Assembly: GCA_000175855.1 (NCBI GenBank)
Contig: ACYB01000021.1
Coordinates: 1 to 32,000 of the forward strand
DNA length: 32,000 nucleotides
Origin: Raphidiopsis brookii D9
Lineage (GTDB): Bacteria; Cyanobacteriota; Cyanobacteriia; Cyanobacteriales; Nostocaceae
Reading direction: 5' to 3'
Below the pieces are notes generated by a model. That model saw nothing but the letters and a program-made list of their open reading frames with translations. It did not search any database and was not told where the DNA came from. Positions 18,107-27,475 of this stretch are shown here, piece by piece. The translations under genes were made by a program, and so were the position numbers. Numbering within the stretch: position 1 is the first letter of the stretch; every line of letters starts with the position of its first letter.

Positions 18107-19399
18107 TTAATACGGTTTCAGGATAGTAACTGCATAGTCTTGTAGAGAAATATAATTTTGAGCCACTTTTTGCAGTTTTTTGGCATTGAAGGACTGAATC
18201 TGCTCCGGATAAGCAACAGACAATTCAGCTTTTGCAATTGTGTTATAGTAGCCATAAAGGGATGCTAACTGATTTGGTGTTTCTGTGCTGAACGCATAGT
18301 CGTTGCAAAGAGATCTTTGGGTTCGTTTCAGTTCTTGCTCAGTGACACCATGAATTTGTAATCTATGTAAATGCTCCAAAATCAGATTTTCTACTCTATC
18401 CAGATATTCAGGTTCTAAGTAAGCGGTAATTGTAAGTAAACTAGAGTCTTTTTGCACTGAAAAATTAGTGCATATCCCCTGTACTAGTTGTTTCTCTTCC
18501 CTTAAATCATTGACTAAACGAGAAGTTCTTCCCTGTCCCAAAATCACTGATAGTATCTCTAAACCATTTGCTATGGCCAGTTCGTCTATTCCGGGTAAAT
18601 TCCAAGCCATAATTAAACGAGCTTGTTCTATTCTAGGTAATATTAACTCTTGCCTTTTCACATGCCTAATTTTGGGTGCTGCTAATTGATTAGATGTTGA
18701 AAGGTTATCCTGGTTTTTAACCTTTTTAAATGTTTGATTGACAATTTCCCATGCGCTATCTCTTTCTATCCCCCCCACTATCACTACAGTCATGTTTTCC
18801 GGTTGGTAATGACGACGATGAAAACACCGCATCGCTTCCGGTGAATTTTCCATTAATTCCTTTTTTGTTCCTAAAATGGGTCTTCCGTAAGGGTGGTTTT
18901 CATAGACGGTTTTTAACAGTGCTTCAAATCCTATCGCATCAGGATCATCTGCACAACTACGAATTTCTTCCAAAACCACATCCCTTTCGCGCATAAATTC
19001 ATCTTCAAAAATAGCTGCATTCAGCAATAGTTCTCCCAGATGAGGAAGCGTATCTACCAAGTGTTGACTAGCTATAGCAAGATAGTAATGGGTATAGTCG
19101 TGTCCAGTAGCTGCATTACTTACCCCACCCATACGTTCAATATTATGGTCAAACTCCCCTGGACCCAAACTAGCTGTGCCCTTAAAAATCATGTGTTCTA
19201 AAAAGTGTGCCATGCCAAACAGGGGATCTGACTCTGAAGTTGCTCCCGCACGCACCCACACGTCCGCTACCACCACGGGGGTAGCTGCTATCTCCTGATG
19301 AATAAATGTCAAACCATTGTCCAGGCGAAAAATCGAAGCTGGGAATAGGGTTTTGCTTTCGGTTATATGTGTTGTCAACTTTCCAGGGTTAAATAACAA
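18107..19399 (-). CDS. M16 family zinc peptidase, catalytic subunit
   Basis: 430 aa; GMAHFLEHMIFKGT (HxxEH) and downstream ERDVVLEEIRS. Confidence 0.92.
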   Translation of the reverse strand: MLFNPGKLTTHITESKTLFPASIFRLDNGLTFIHQEIAATPVVVADVWVRAGATSESDPLFGMAHFLEHMIFKGTASLGPGEFDHNIERMGGVSNAATGHDYTHYYLAIASQHLVDTLPHLGELLLNAAIFEDEFMRERDVVLEEIRSCADDPDAIGFEALLKTVYENHPYGRPILGTKKELMENSPEAMRCFHRRHYQPENMTVVIVGGIERDSAWEIVNQTFKKVKNQDNLSTSNQLAAPKIRHVKRQELILPRIEQARLIMAWNLPGIDELAIANGLEILSVILGQGRTSRLVNDLREEKQLVQGICTNFSVQKDSSLLTITAYLEPEYLDRVENLILEHLHRLQIHGVTEQELKRTQRSLCNDYAFSTETPNQLASLYGYYNTIAKAELSVAYPEQIQSFNAKKLQKVAQNYISLQDYAVTILKPY

Positions 19400-19522
19400 T
19401 TTGACAGGTTTTTGTTATTTTAACCTTCAATCCCACCCCATTAGGAATCAAATAATACAGATTTAATTTTTTATTCGCATTGATAGGTTTATTTGTTAGT
19501 TAATGCACTTTAGCGATCGGTT

Positions 19523-20368
19523 TTACCATATTTTTAAAAGCGTTCCTAAGACTCTGGATTTGGGACTAAACAAAAAAGCGAAGACAAATGCTGTGCAAAC
19601 GACTAACACAATAGCTGGTCCAGAGGGCAAATTATAGAAGTAACTCAGGTAAATTCCTACAATACTGGAAATTATAGCGATCGCAGCTCCTAAAATCATA
19701 ACTTGATGTAGTCTGTTAACTAATAGGTACGCTGTAGCACCAGGAGTAATTAACATTGATAAGACTAAAATTACCCCCACTGCTTTCATACTAGCAACAA
19801 TGGTTAGGGAAATGAGCAACATCAAACTAATGTTGAGTTGATTAACTGGTAGACCAGCAACCCGAGATCCTACGGGATCAAAGGTATAAAATAATAATTC
19901 TTTGTAGAGTAAAAAAACGATAATTAAGGCCACAGCAGTAAGGATGGCCGTATCCCTAACTTCATTGGGGGTAACACCTAGAATATTACCAAAAAGAAAG
20001 TGATTGAGGTCAATTTTATTAGTTTTTTGAATCACCGTAATGAGGGTGATACCAAGAGCAAAAAAACCAGAAAATACGATCCCCATAGCTGCATCCTCCT
20101 TAATGGGAGAACGGTTTTTAATCACTGCTATAGCTACTGTGCTTACCATAGCAGCAATAAAAGCTCCCACAAATATATTGGCACCTATCATAAAAGCGAT
20201 CGCCAGTCCCGGTAAAACCGAATGACTAATGGCATCACCTAGTAGTGCTAGACGTTGTACCATTAAATAAGTGCCAATAACAGCACATAATAGACCAATT
20301 AGTACCGCAGTTATTAGTGAACGTTGCATAAACTCATAGTGCAACGGTTCTATTATTTGATTTAACAT
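19523..20368 (-). CDS. mntB: Metal (Mn/Zn) ABC transporter permease
   Basis: 281 aa; ABC-3 permease signature LVQRLALLGDAISHSVLPGLAIAF, MLLISLTIVASMKAVGVILVLSMLITPGATAYLL. Confidence 0.88.
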   Translation of the reverse strand: MLNQIIEPLHYEFMQRSLITAVLIGLLCAVIGTYLMVQRLALLGDAISHSVLPGLAIAFMIGANIFVGAFIAAMVSTVAIAVIKNRSPIKEDAAMGIVFSGFFALGITLITVIQKTNKIDLNHFLFGNILGVTPNEVRDTAILTAVALIIVFLLYKELLFYTFDPVGSRVAGLPVNQLNISLMLLISLTIVASMKAVGVILVLSMLITPGATAYLLVNRLHQVMILGAAIAIISSIVGIYLSYFYNLPSGPAIVLVVCTAFVFAFLFSPKSRVLGTLLKIW

Positions 20369-20389
20369 AAATAAAATTAAAAAGAAAAA

Positions 20390-21115
20390 TTATAATGAAA
20401 AGTAAGCACGGTGTAGATTATTTTCTGTAAGTACATCCAACCGGGGTCCACTAGCTATAAGTTGACAGTTAAGTAGAATTAAATCGTCAAAATGGTTAAT
20501 TGACTGACCCAAATCGTGGTTCACCACCAGGACAATTTTCCCTCGGGCTGTGATCTCTTGAAAAATGTTAAAAAGAACACCTTGGGTTTTGTGATCTATG
20601 CCGACGAAGGGTTCATCAAAACAAAAAATTTCAGGTTCTTGAGCCAATGCGCGGGCTAGAAATACCCTTTGTTGTTGTCCTCCTGAAAGCTGTCCTATAG
20701 GTCGGTCAGTATATTTCAGCATTTCTACCTTTTGCAATGCTGTCATTGCTATTTGCCGACTCATACTAGAAAAACTACGTAACCAACCTGTTTTTTTCAC
20801 TCTTCCGGTCATCACCACATCCCAGACGGTGGCGGGGTAATTCCAGTCAATTTGGTTTTTTTGTGGAACGTAGGCGACTTTTTCCAGTTGGTCCACTAAT
20901 GGCCTATCATCATACAGTACACTACCCATATTCATGGGGACTAATCCCAAAATTGCTTTAATCAACGTACTCTTACCAGCACCATTAGGTCCAAAAATTC
21001 CTGTTAATCTTCCTGCTTTAATAGTGCAGGTTATATCCTGCAAAGCGTCTTGTCTATGGTATTGTACTCCTAAATGGGAAATATGAATATCACTAAACTC
21101 TCTATTTATAAACAC
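20390..21115 (-). CDS. mntA: Metal (Mn/Zn) ABC transporter ATP-binding protein
   Basis: 241 aa; Walker A GIFGPNGAGKSTLIKAILG, signature LSGGQQQRVFLARALAQEPEIFCFDEPFVGID. The track start is GTG. Confidence 0.9.
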   Translation of the reverse strand: MFINREFSDIHISHLGVQYHRQDALQDITCTIKAGRLTGIFGPNGAGKSTLIKAILGLVPMNMGSVLYDDRPLVDQLEKVAYVPQKNQIDWNYPATVWDVVMTGRVKKTGWLRSFSSMSRQIAMTALQKVEMLKYTDRPIGQLSGGQQQRVFLARALAQEPEIFCFDEPFVGIDHKTQGVLFNIFQEITARGKIVLVVNHDLGQSINHFDDLILLNCQLIASGPRLDVLTENNLHRAYFSL

Positions 21116-21128
21116 CCTTTGGGTGTTT
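21110..21128. promoter_or_regulatory. Perfect short hairpin over the start of the ATPase gene
   Basis: AAACACCC (21110-21117) TTT GGGTGTTT (21121-21128). Confidence 0.4.
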
Positions 21129-21233
21129 TGGGTAATAGACCAAATTTTGGCGAGGTATTTTGCATAGGGTTTGATAATTCTTGAGATCCTACTTTCAGCT
21201 TACTATGAAGAAGGCTAAAAATATGAGGCAAAT

Positions 21234-22202
21234 ATGAAAAACAAAAACATTCGTATATGGACAGTAATATTTTTACCATTATATTTACTAGGATGTAGTG
21301 TTTCTCCGGTGGAAACCTTACAAGATGCTAGCCAGGGCAAACTAAAAGTTGTAGTCACAAGTACAATTCTTATGGACTTAGTCGCACAAATAGGAGGTGA
21401 AGAGATTAGTTTAACTGGAATACTTCAACCTGGAGTAGATCCCCACGTATATGAACCAGTGCCAGGAGATGGCAGGGTTTTAGAGATGGCAGATCTAATT
21501 GTATATAATGGGTATAATTTAGAGCCAGGAATTATTAAGTTAATGAATTCTACGGGTGTAAAAGCTAGAAAACTGGCGGTGGGGGAAGTAGTTAAATCCC
21601 TAAAATTAAAAACCCATAGGGGGGAAACAGTTCCCGATCCCCATGTGTGGGGGAGTGTTAAAAACACCATGACTATGGTAAACGCTATTAGAGATACCTT
21701 AGTGGAGTTGTCAGATAAAGACAGGCAAAAATTTACACAAAATGCTGCCCAACTAGACAAGGAACTGGAAAAGTTGGATGATTGGATCAAACAGCAAATT
21801 CAAACCATTCCACCACAGAACCGTAAAATAGTTACCTCCCATGATGCTTTTCAGTATTATGCTAATGCTTATGGTATGGAAGTTGTGGGCACGTTAATTG
21901 GAATTAGCACGGAAGAAAAACCCAGTGCTAAAACGGTAAAAGAACTAGTGGATATTATTGTTAGAGCAGATATTCCTACAGTCTTTACTGAGACTACGAT
22001 TAATCCGGAGTTGATGAAAACAGTAGCCCAAGAAGCGGGGGTAGAACTGTCAACAAATCAACTTTATTCCGACTCTCTGGGTGTAAGAGGAAGTGGTGCG
22101 GATAGTTATATCAAGATGATGAAGGCTAATACCAAAACTATTGTGACCGGGCTAACTCGCGTTAGCCAAGCAACTTATTATGACTTTGAGGTATTACCTT
22201 GA
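21234..22202 (+). CDS. mntC: Metal ABC transporter substrate-binding lipoprotein (Mn-type)
   Basis: 322 aa; lipobox LLGCS; ligand contexts DPHVYEP, DPHVWGS, FTETTINPE, YSDSLG; lacks the His-rich loop common in ZnuA. Confidence 0.88.
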   Translation: MKNKNIRIWTVIFLPLYLLGCSVSPVETLQDASQGKLKVVVTSTILMDLVAQIGGEEISLTGILQPGVDPHVYEPVPGDGRVLEMADLIVYNGYNLEPGIIKLMNSTGVKARKLAVGEVVKSLKLKTHRGETVPDPHVWGSVKNTMTMVNAIRDTLVELSDKDRQKFTQNAAQLDKELEKLDDWIKQQIQTIPPQNRKIVTSHDAFQYYANAYGMEVVGTLIGISTEEKPSAKTVKELVDIIVRADIPTVFTETTINPELMKTVAQEAGVELSTNQLYSDSLGVRGSGADSYIKMMKANTKTIVTGLTRVSQATYYDFEVLP

Positions 22203-22211
22203 AGCGCCAGC

Positions 22212-23312
22212 TTACGCTTGAACTAGAACACGCTGTTTTGCTGCCAAATAGTCTTTTTGTAAGGTCCCTAATAACTCTTCTCGTCTGTTGTATAATCGTT
22301 TCAGAGATCGTGGTTGACCCTGATTTAATGCGTATGCTGTGATCAAGGGCAGAGCAATTGTACTATCCGTGTAACAAACTATTGTACTGGGCAACTCTTC
22401 AGGATCTATTTTACCCCAACTCACTGCTTCTGCTGGGGTTGCACCAGAGAGTCCACCAGTATCCGGACGCGCATCCGTAAATTGAACAAAGAAATCATGT
22501 CCTCTTTCTTCCAAACCCAATACTTCGTGAATTTGCGGTTGGGTCTGTAGGAGAAAGTTTTTGGGACTTCCACCACCTAGAATCACAGCTGCACTTTTAC
22601 CCTCTCCTTCCCTTGCTGCGTAAGCAATAGCCGCAGTTTCATTTACATCAATAGCTGGATCTAATACCAGCTTTGAACCCTCTAATGCCAACGCTGCCAC
22701 ATTCATCCCTATGGAACTATCACCAGGAGAAGAAGTATAAATAGGAACGCCATATTCATAAGCTGTAGCTAGGAGACAGGAATTTTCTACCCCCAACTGC
22801 TTTTCCACTTCTCGTACATATTTGCCAAGCAGGTGGTGAAATTCAGCCGTGCCCATCTGCTTTTGAAAGGGTTCCGCTTGTAATATTTTACGAATAAAAG
22901 CATCCGTTTCTAATAGCACATCATAACCAAAGATAATGTCATAAATTCGGATTGTTCCCTCTTCTCGTAATTTAACATCATCTAAAAAGGGACTACCTGC
23001 AAACAGTTCAAAACCTAAACCATAGTGCATATCATGATAAAGATTGGCACCGGTGCTAATCATCCAGTCGATATAACCGTGACGAATTAAAGGAGCTAAA
23101 GCGGAAACGCCGAATCCTGCTGGTGTCATAGCGCCAGAAAGACTTAATCCCACCGTTACACCCGGTTGGAATATATCCTGGGTTAGCAATTTACACGCTT
23201 CTCTTAACCGAGCTGAATTATAAGCAGTGAAGTAGTTATTAATTAAGTCAACCACACTAATATTCGACGAAATTGGTGCGGGTGCAATTTTTTTACCTTG
23301 TTTCTTTGACAT
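22212..23312 (-). CDS. Deoxyhypusine synthase-like protein (possible homospermidine synthase)
   Basis: 366 aa; [42 protein letters not shown] retains the catalytic-lysine context EAVSWGKI. Confidence 0.85.
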   Translation of the reverse strand: MSKKQGKKIAPAPISSNISVVDLINNYFTAYNSARLREACKLLTQDIFQPGVTVGLSLSGAMTPAGFGVSALAPLIRHGYIDWMISTGANLYHDMHYGLGFELFAGSPFLDDVKLREEGTIRIYDIIFGYDVLLETDAFIRKILQAEPFQKQMGTAEFHHLLGKYVREVEKQLGVENSCLLATAYEYGVPIYTSSPGDSSIGMNVAALALEGSKLVLDPAIDVNETAAIAYAAREGEGKSAAVILGGGSPKNFLLQTQPQIHEVLGLEERGHDFFVQFTDARPDTGGLSGATPAEAVSWGKIDPEELPSTIVCYTDSTIALPLITAYALNQGQPRSLKRLYNRREELLGTLQKDYLAAKQRVLVQA

Positions 23313-23367
23313 TTTTTCACTTTCCCATAGTCAGTATTCCGATTCTAATTAATAATATTAGAGAATA

Positions 23368-23769
23368 TCAAGCTCTTGTAGCAACAGCTATGGTAATAGC
23401 TCCTTGGTCTGGTAAACGGAAAATTTCTTTGGGAACTAACAACTGGGATCTGGAATGGTTTTGAGCAGCACAAAGAAGAGCTGCTGCTTCCGCTATGCTT
23501 GGTGTTCCCATAATTTTGGTAATTATTTCACTGGGATTGGGAACACTGATACTTGATAGGGTGGTTGAGCTAAAGGTTTGTAATCTGAAATTGTTTTTTA
23601 AGCAAAATTCGACTAGTCCCAGCTCTGATGCTTTACTTTCAATAGTAGCTATCTTATCTATGCTCCGAGGATCTATCCTATATTTTTGGCACACTTTGTT
23701 GAGTCCTAGCTCAATCAAGAGACAGGAAACCCCCTTTTGACAACCAATACCTACCCAGACTTGCTGCAA
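23368..23769 (-). CDS. CbiG C-terminal domain / CobE-like cobalamin biosynthesis protein
   Basis: 133 aa; VWVGIGCQKGVSCLLIELGL, IDKIATIESKASELGLVEFC, GTPSIAEAAALLCA, KEIFRLPDQGAITIAVA. Confidence 0.85.
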   Translation of the reverse strand: MQQVWVGIGCQKGVSCLLIELGLNKVCQKYRIDPRSIDKIATIESKASELGLVEFCLKNNFRLQTFSSTTLSSISVPNPSEIITKIMGTPSIAEAAALLCAAQNHSRSQLLVPKEIFRLPDQGAITIAVATRA

Positions 23770-23864
23770 TATAAAACCTTAATTATTTTTACTAATCGCC
23801 CAAATACCCTATGAAATGTGGCCCGAATATTGTTCCTATGTTCTGTTGGGGGATGCACATTTCG

Positions 23865-23887
23865 TTCTATAAATTTGGTTTATAGAA
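23865..23887. repeat. Perfect 9-bp inverted repeat
   Basis: TTCTATAAA (23865-23873) TTTGG loop-side bases TTTATAGAA (23879-23887), followed by GGTCTTTTTG. Confidence 0.6.
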
Positions 23888-24136
23888 TGGTCTTTTTGTC
23901 AAGTGTTTAGAGTCGATATATGAGATACTAATATGAGATATGAGTAATTGATAAGCTGAGGTAATACCATTTTTATAACTTCTTTGTTATTTTGTATTTA
24001 GCGGGACAGTTATTCTACATACCGTGAGTTTCAATGGCAATTAGTTAGGGGGTTTTACTTCTAAGTTGTTATGCGGGATATTTTGGACAGACTCAACTTT
24101 TAACCATCTTATCTAGAATATTCCCTAAGGATTTCT

Positions 24137-24529
24137 ATGATAATAAATCAAAGAAATCGTGTTAGTCCCAGGAGAAGAGGATATAAAACTATGACCACGA
24201 CAGATACTCAACCTATCATTTTTACCACCTTGGTTGACCATAGACTAAATGGTAAAAAATCAAGACATAAATTGGATTTACTTAAGCCCGTACGTCAATG
24301 GCTAGATGATATAGAAATTAAAAATTCTCAAGTTGCACGTTTGATAGCTAAACTGATTCCTGCTCAATGTCCTTTTGAGCGAGACATTACATTGTTTAAT
24401 CGCAAAATTGGTCATATTCCACCTCTATGTAAACTCAATCCGCTGTATGATCAGTTTGTGGGGTTGCGGTTTCGCGCTTTGTGTTATTTGGCTGATGAAT
24501 GTGGGGAAGATATTGGTTTTTACTGCTAA
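24137..24529 (+). CDS. Mo-dependent nitrogenase C-terminal domain protein
   Basis: 130 aa; LLKPVRQWLDDIEIKNSQVARLIAKLIPAQCPFERDITLFNRKIGHIPPLCKLNPLYDQFVGLRFRALCYLADECGEDI. The true start may be ATG 24191. Confidence 0.82.
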   Translation: MIINQRNRVSPRRRGYKTMTTTDTQPIIFTTLVDHRLNGKKSRHKLDLLKPVRQWLDDIEIKNSQVARLIAKLIPAQCPFERDITLFNRKIGHIPPLCKLNPLYDQFVGLRFRALCYLADECGEDIGFYC

Positions 24530-24560
24530 ATATGAGGAAAGGAAATAGGTAAATCAATTA

Positions 24561-25307
24561 ATGCTGTTACATCTAAGCACATGGCCAGAAGTTGAAAAAT
24601 ATCTAGAAAGTTCCTCGGGGATTATTATTCCTATTGGTTCTACAGAGCAACATGGACCAACGGGTTTAATTGGCACTGATGCAGTATGCGCTGAGTTCAT
24701 ATCCCATGGCGTGGGGGAAGCAACACAAGCTATGGTGGGACCTACCATTAATGTTGGTATGGCATTACATCATACTGCTTTTCCCGGTACTATCAGTTTA
24801 CGACCTAGCACCCTAATTTTGGTGGTGAAGGATTACGTAAGTAGTTTAGCAAAAGCGGGTTTTACCAAGTTTTATTTTATTAATGGACATGGCGGTAATA
24901 TCGCCACTTTAAAAACAGCTTTTTCCGAAACCTATGCTTATTTGGAAGATATACAAGCAAAAAACTTCCAAAAAGTCCAGTGTCAACTTGGTAATTGGTT
25001 TACATGTAGTTCTGTGTACAAACTGGCCCAGGAGTTGTATGGAGATAAAGAGGGTTCCCATGCTACTCCCAGTGAGGTAGCACTAACCCAATATATCTAT
25101 CCCCAAGCAATTAAACAGTCTTTCCTTGCACCAGAAGTTGCAACTGGTCACAGAATTTACGGACCTAGTGATTTTCGTTTACGCTATCCTGATGGTCGCA
25201 TGGGTTCCCATCCCGACTTAGCTACTCCTGAACATGGCAAACAGTTTTATGATTTGGCCGTGGAAGAGTTAAGTGCAGCATATTCCAATTTCCTTAATCA
25301 AGATTGA
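24561..25307 (+). CDS. Creatininase family protein
   Basis: 248 aa; IIIPIGSTEQHGPTGLIGTDAVCAEFI, FINGHGGNIATL, GSHATPSEVALT, PSDFRLRYPDGRMGSHPDLATPEHGKQ. Confidence 0.9.
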   Translation: MLLHLSTWPEVEKYLESSSGIIIPIGSTEQHGPTGLIGTDAVCAEFISHGVGEATQAMVGPTINVGMALHHTAFPGTISLRPSTLILVVKDYVSSLAKAGFTKFYFINGHGGNIATLKTAFSETYAYLEDIQAKNFQKVQCQLGNWFTCSSVYKLAQELYGDKEGSHATPSEVALTQYIYPQAIKQSFLAPEVATGHRIYGPSDFRLRYPDGRMGSHPDLATPEHGKQFYDLAVEELSAAYSNFLNQD

Positions 25308-25361
25308 ATAGAATTTATACAAAGAATATAAGGATGGGAAAATACAACCGTTAAGTCTTGA

Positions 25362-26753
25362 TTAAGCCTGGGCATTACCCTCTGCTCGTGCAGCTTGTTT
25401 GACAGCAGCAGCAACAGCACTAGCAACGCGGTTATCAAACACGGAGGGAATAATATATTCCCGGTTTAAATCCGAGGTATTGACTAAAGAGGCGATCGCC
25501 TTGGCAGCTTCTAAGCACATGTTACTAGTAATAACTTTAGATCGACAGTCTAAAGCTCCACGAAATACTCCGGGAAAGGCTAGAACATTATTAATTTGAT
25601 TGGGATAATCACTGCGTCCTGTAGCCATGACCGCAACGTTTTTAGGTGCTAATTCCGGTTGAATTTCTGGGATGGGATTAGCCATAGCAAAAACGATAGC
25701 ATCTTTGGTCATAGAATTGACCATTTCCGGTGTTAAAACGCCAGGTTTACTCAAACCAATGAACACATCTGCACCCTGGGTAGCGCCAGCTAAGGTTCCT
25801 TGAGCTTTAACTGCGAATTCCAGTTTTTCTGGGTTTAAATCCGTACGATTAGTGGATATGATTCCTTGAGAGTCACACATCCAGATTTGCTCTGCACCAG
25901 CTTTGCGCAGTAAGCGGGCCACAGCTATTCCTGCAGCGCCAGCACCATTAATCACGATCCGAATTTGATTGATAGACTTATTAACTAATTTTAGGGCATT
26001 TAGTAAAGCAGCCAGAGTTACAATAGCAGTACCATTTTGGTCATCATGAAAAATAGGAATGTCTAATTCCGATTGCAGTCTTTGTTCAATTTCAAAACAT
26101 CGAGGTGCAGCGATGTCTTCCAAATTGACTCCGCCAAATACGGGGGCAATATTTTTCACAGCCCTGATAATTTCCTCAGTGTCTTGAGTGTCTAAACAAA
26201 TAGGGAAAGCATCTATATCGGCAAATTCCTTGAATAACATTGCCTTACCCTCCATTACTGGTAAAGCAGCTTCCGGACCAAGATTACCCAACCCCAAAAC
26301 TGCACTACCATCGGTGACAATAGCAACAGTATTTTGTTTAATAGTCAAACGGTAAACTTCCTCGGGTTTTTGGGCGATCGCCTGACAAATTCTTCCTACT
26401 CCTGGAGTGTAGGCCATAGCCAAGTCAGAAACGGTTTTGATGGGAATTCTACTAGCAATGCTGATTTTTCCACCTTCATGTAAATTAAAAGTTCGGTCAT
26501 AGACATTAATTACCTGAATATCCGTCAGATCTTTTACTGAATTGACAATAGTTTCACCATGTTCACCACTTGCTGCATCCACAGTAATATCCCGTATGGA
26601 ATCATGTCTAGTTTGTTCAATTAAATCTATTTGTCCGATATTACCACCAGTTAGGGCGATCGCCTGGGTAACAGATGCTAACATTCCCACCCGGTTGGGA
26701 ATTTTCAGACGTAGGGTCACACTGAAACTGGAATTAGGGGTCAGGTTTGTCAT
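25362..26753 (-). CDS. NAD(P)-dependent malic enzyme with N-terminal ACT domain
   Basis: 463 aa; ACT-like [27 protein letters not shown]; malic core [94 protein letters not shown]. Confidence 0.93.
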   Translation of the reverse strand: MTNLTPNSSFSVTLRLKIPNRVGMLASVTQAIALTGGNIGQIDLIEQTRHDSIRDITVDAASGEHGETIVNSVKDLTDIQVINVYDRTFNLHEGGKISIASRIPIKTVSDLAMAYTPGVGRICQAIAQKPEEVYRLTIKQNTVAIVTDGSAVLGLGNLGPEAALPVMEGKAMLFKEFADIDAFPICLDTQDTEEIIRAVKNIAPVFGGVNLEDIAAPRCFEIEQRLQSELDIPIFHDDQNGTAIVTLAALLNALKLVNKSINQIRIVINGAGAAGIAVARLLRKAGAEQIWMCDSQGIISTNRTDLNPEKLEFAVKAQGTLAGATQGADVFIGLSKPGVLTPEMVNSMTKDAIVFAMANPIPEIQPELAPKNVAVMATGRSDYPNQINNVLAFPGVFRGALDCRSKVITSNMCLEAAKAIASLVNTSDLNREYIIPSVFDNRVASAVAAAVKQAARAEGNAQA

Positions 26754-26806
26754 GGTATTGTGAGAGGTTTCTAAGTTGAGACTTTAGATTTGATTTTGAC
26801 ATATAT

Positions 26807-27406
26807 TTAGCTGTGTATTCTGGGATTTGGGTGCAAGGTCTGTAGAATTTCGCTTTCTATTGTACCCAACTCATCCAGTCTTTTTATCATATCCTCTCTG
26901 TCAAAATATGTATCTGCTAGTATCCAATAAGTACCAAAGTGTCTAGCTTCTGAATCCATTAAGTCACGATAGAATTTAGCCAGTTCCGGTTCTGGACAGT
27001 TAGCTGCTAATAAACCCAATCTTTCATGACTGCGAGCTTCTATTAAACCTGTTACTAGTAAATTGTCTAAAAAATGCTCTGGCTCTTTTTTTCTCACTTC
27101 CGCTTTTAATCTTGCTCCGTATGGTGGTGGTGACAGGGGAGCTAGAGGAATATTCTTCCGTTCTAACCATTGGTTAACTAGTTCAAAATGTTCTATTTCT
27201 TCTTTTGCTATCCGCGTTAGTTCCTTTACTAGCTTAGCCAGGGAAGGATAACGAAACATAAAATTCAAGGCTACTCCTGCTGCTTTACGTTCACAGTGGG
27301 AATGATCAAGTAGAATCACATCTAAATTAGAGATAGCTTGTTCTACCCAAGCACTAGTAGTAGGTTGTTTGAGTGCATTAATAACTGGCAATGGTGAATT
27401 TAACAC
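26807..27406 (-). CDS. miaE: tRNA-(ms2io6A)-hydroxylase
   Basis: 199 aa; di-iron carboxylate/His pattern: LDHSHCERKAAGVALNFMFRYP, IAKEEIEHFELV, GLIEARSHERLGLLA, LMDSEARHFGTY. Confidence 0.88.
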   Translation of the reverse strand: MLNSPLPVINALKQPTTSAWVEQAISNLDVILLDHSHCERKAAGVALNFMFRYPSLAKLVKELTRIAKEEIEHFELVNQWLERKNIPLAPLSPPPYGARLKAEVRKKEPEHFLDNLLVTGLIEARSHERLGLLAANCPEPELAKFYRDLMDSEARHFGTYWILADTYFDREDMIKRLDELGTIESEILQTLHPNPRIHS

Positions 27407-27475
27407 AGCTGTTAATTAGTATTATAGTGTATAGATGATTAGAACAGGGTTGATGAGTAAGAGACTAGATAGCGC

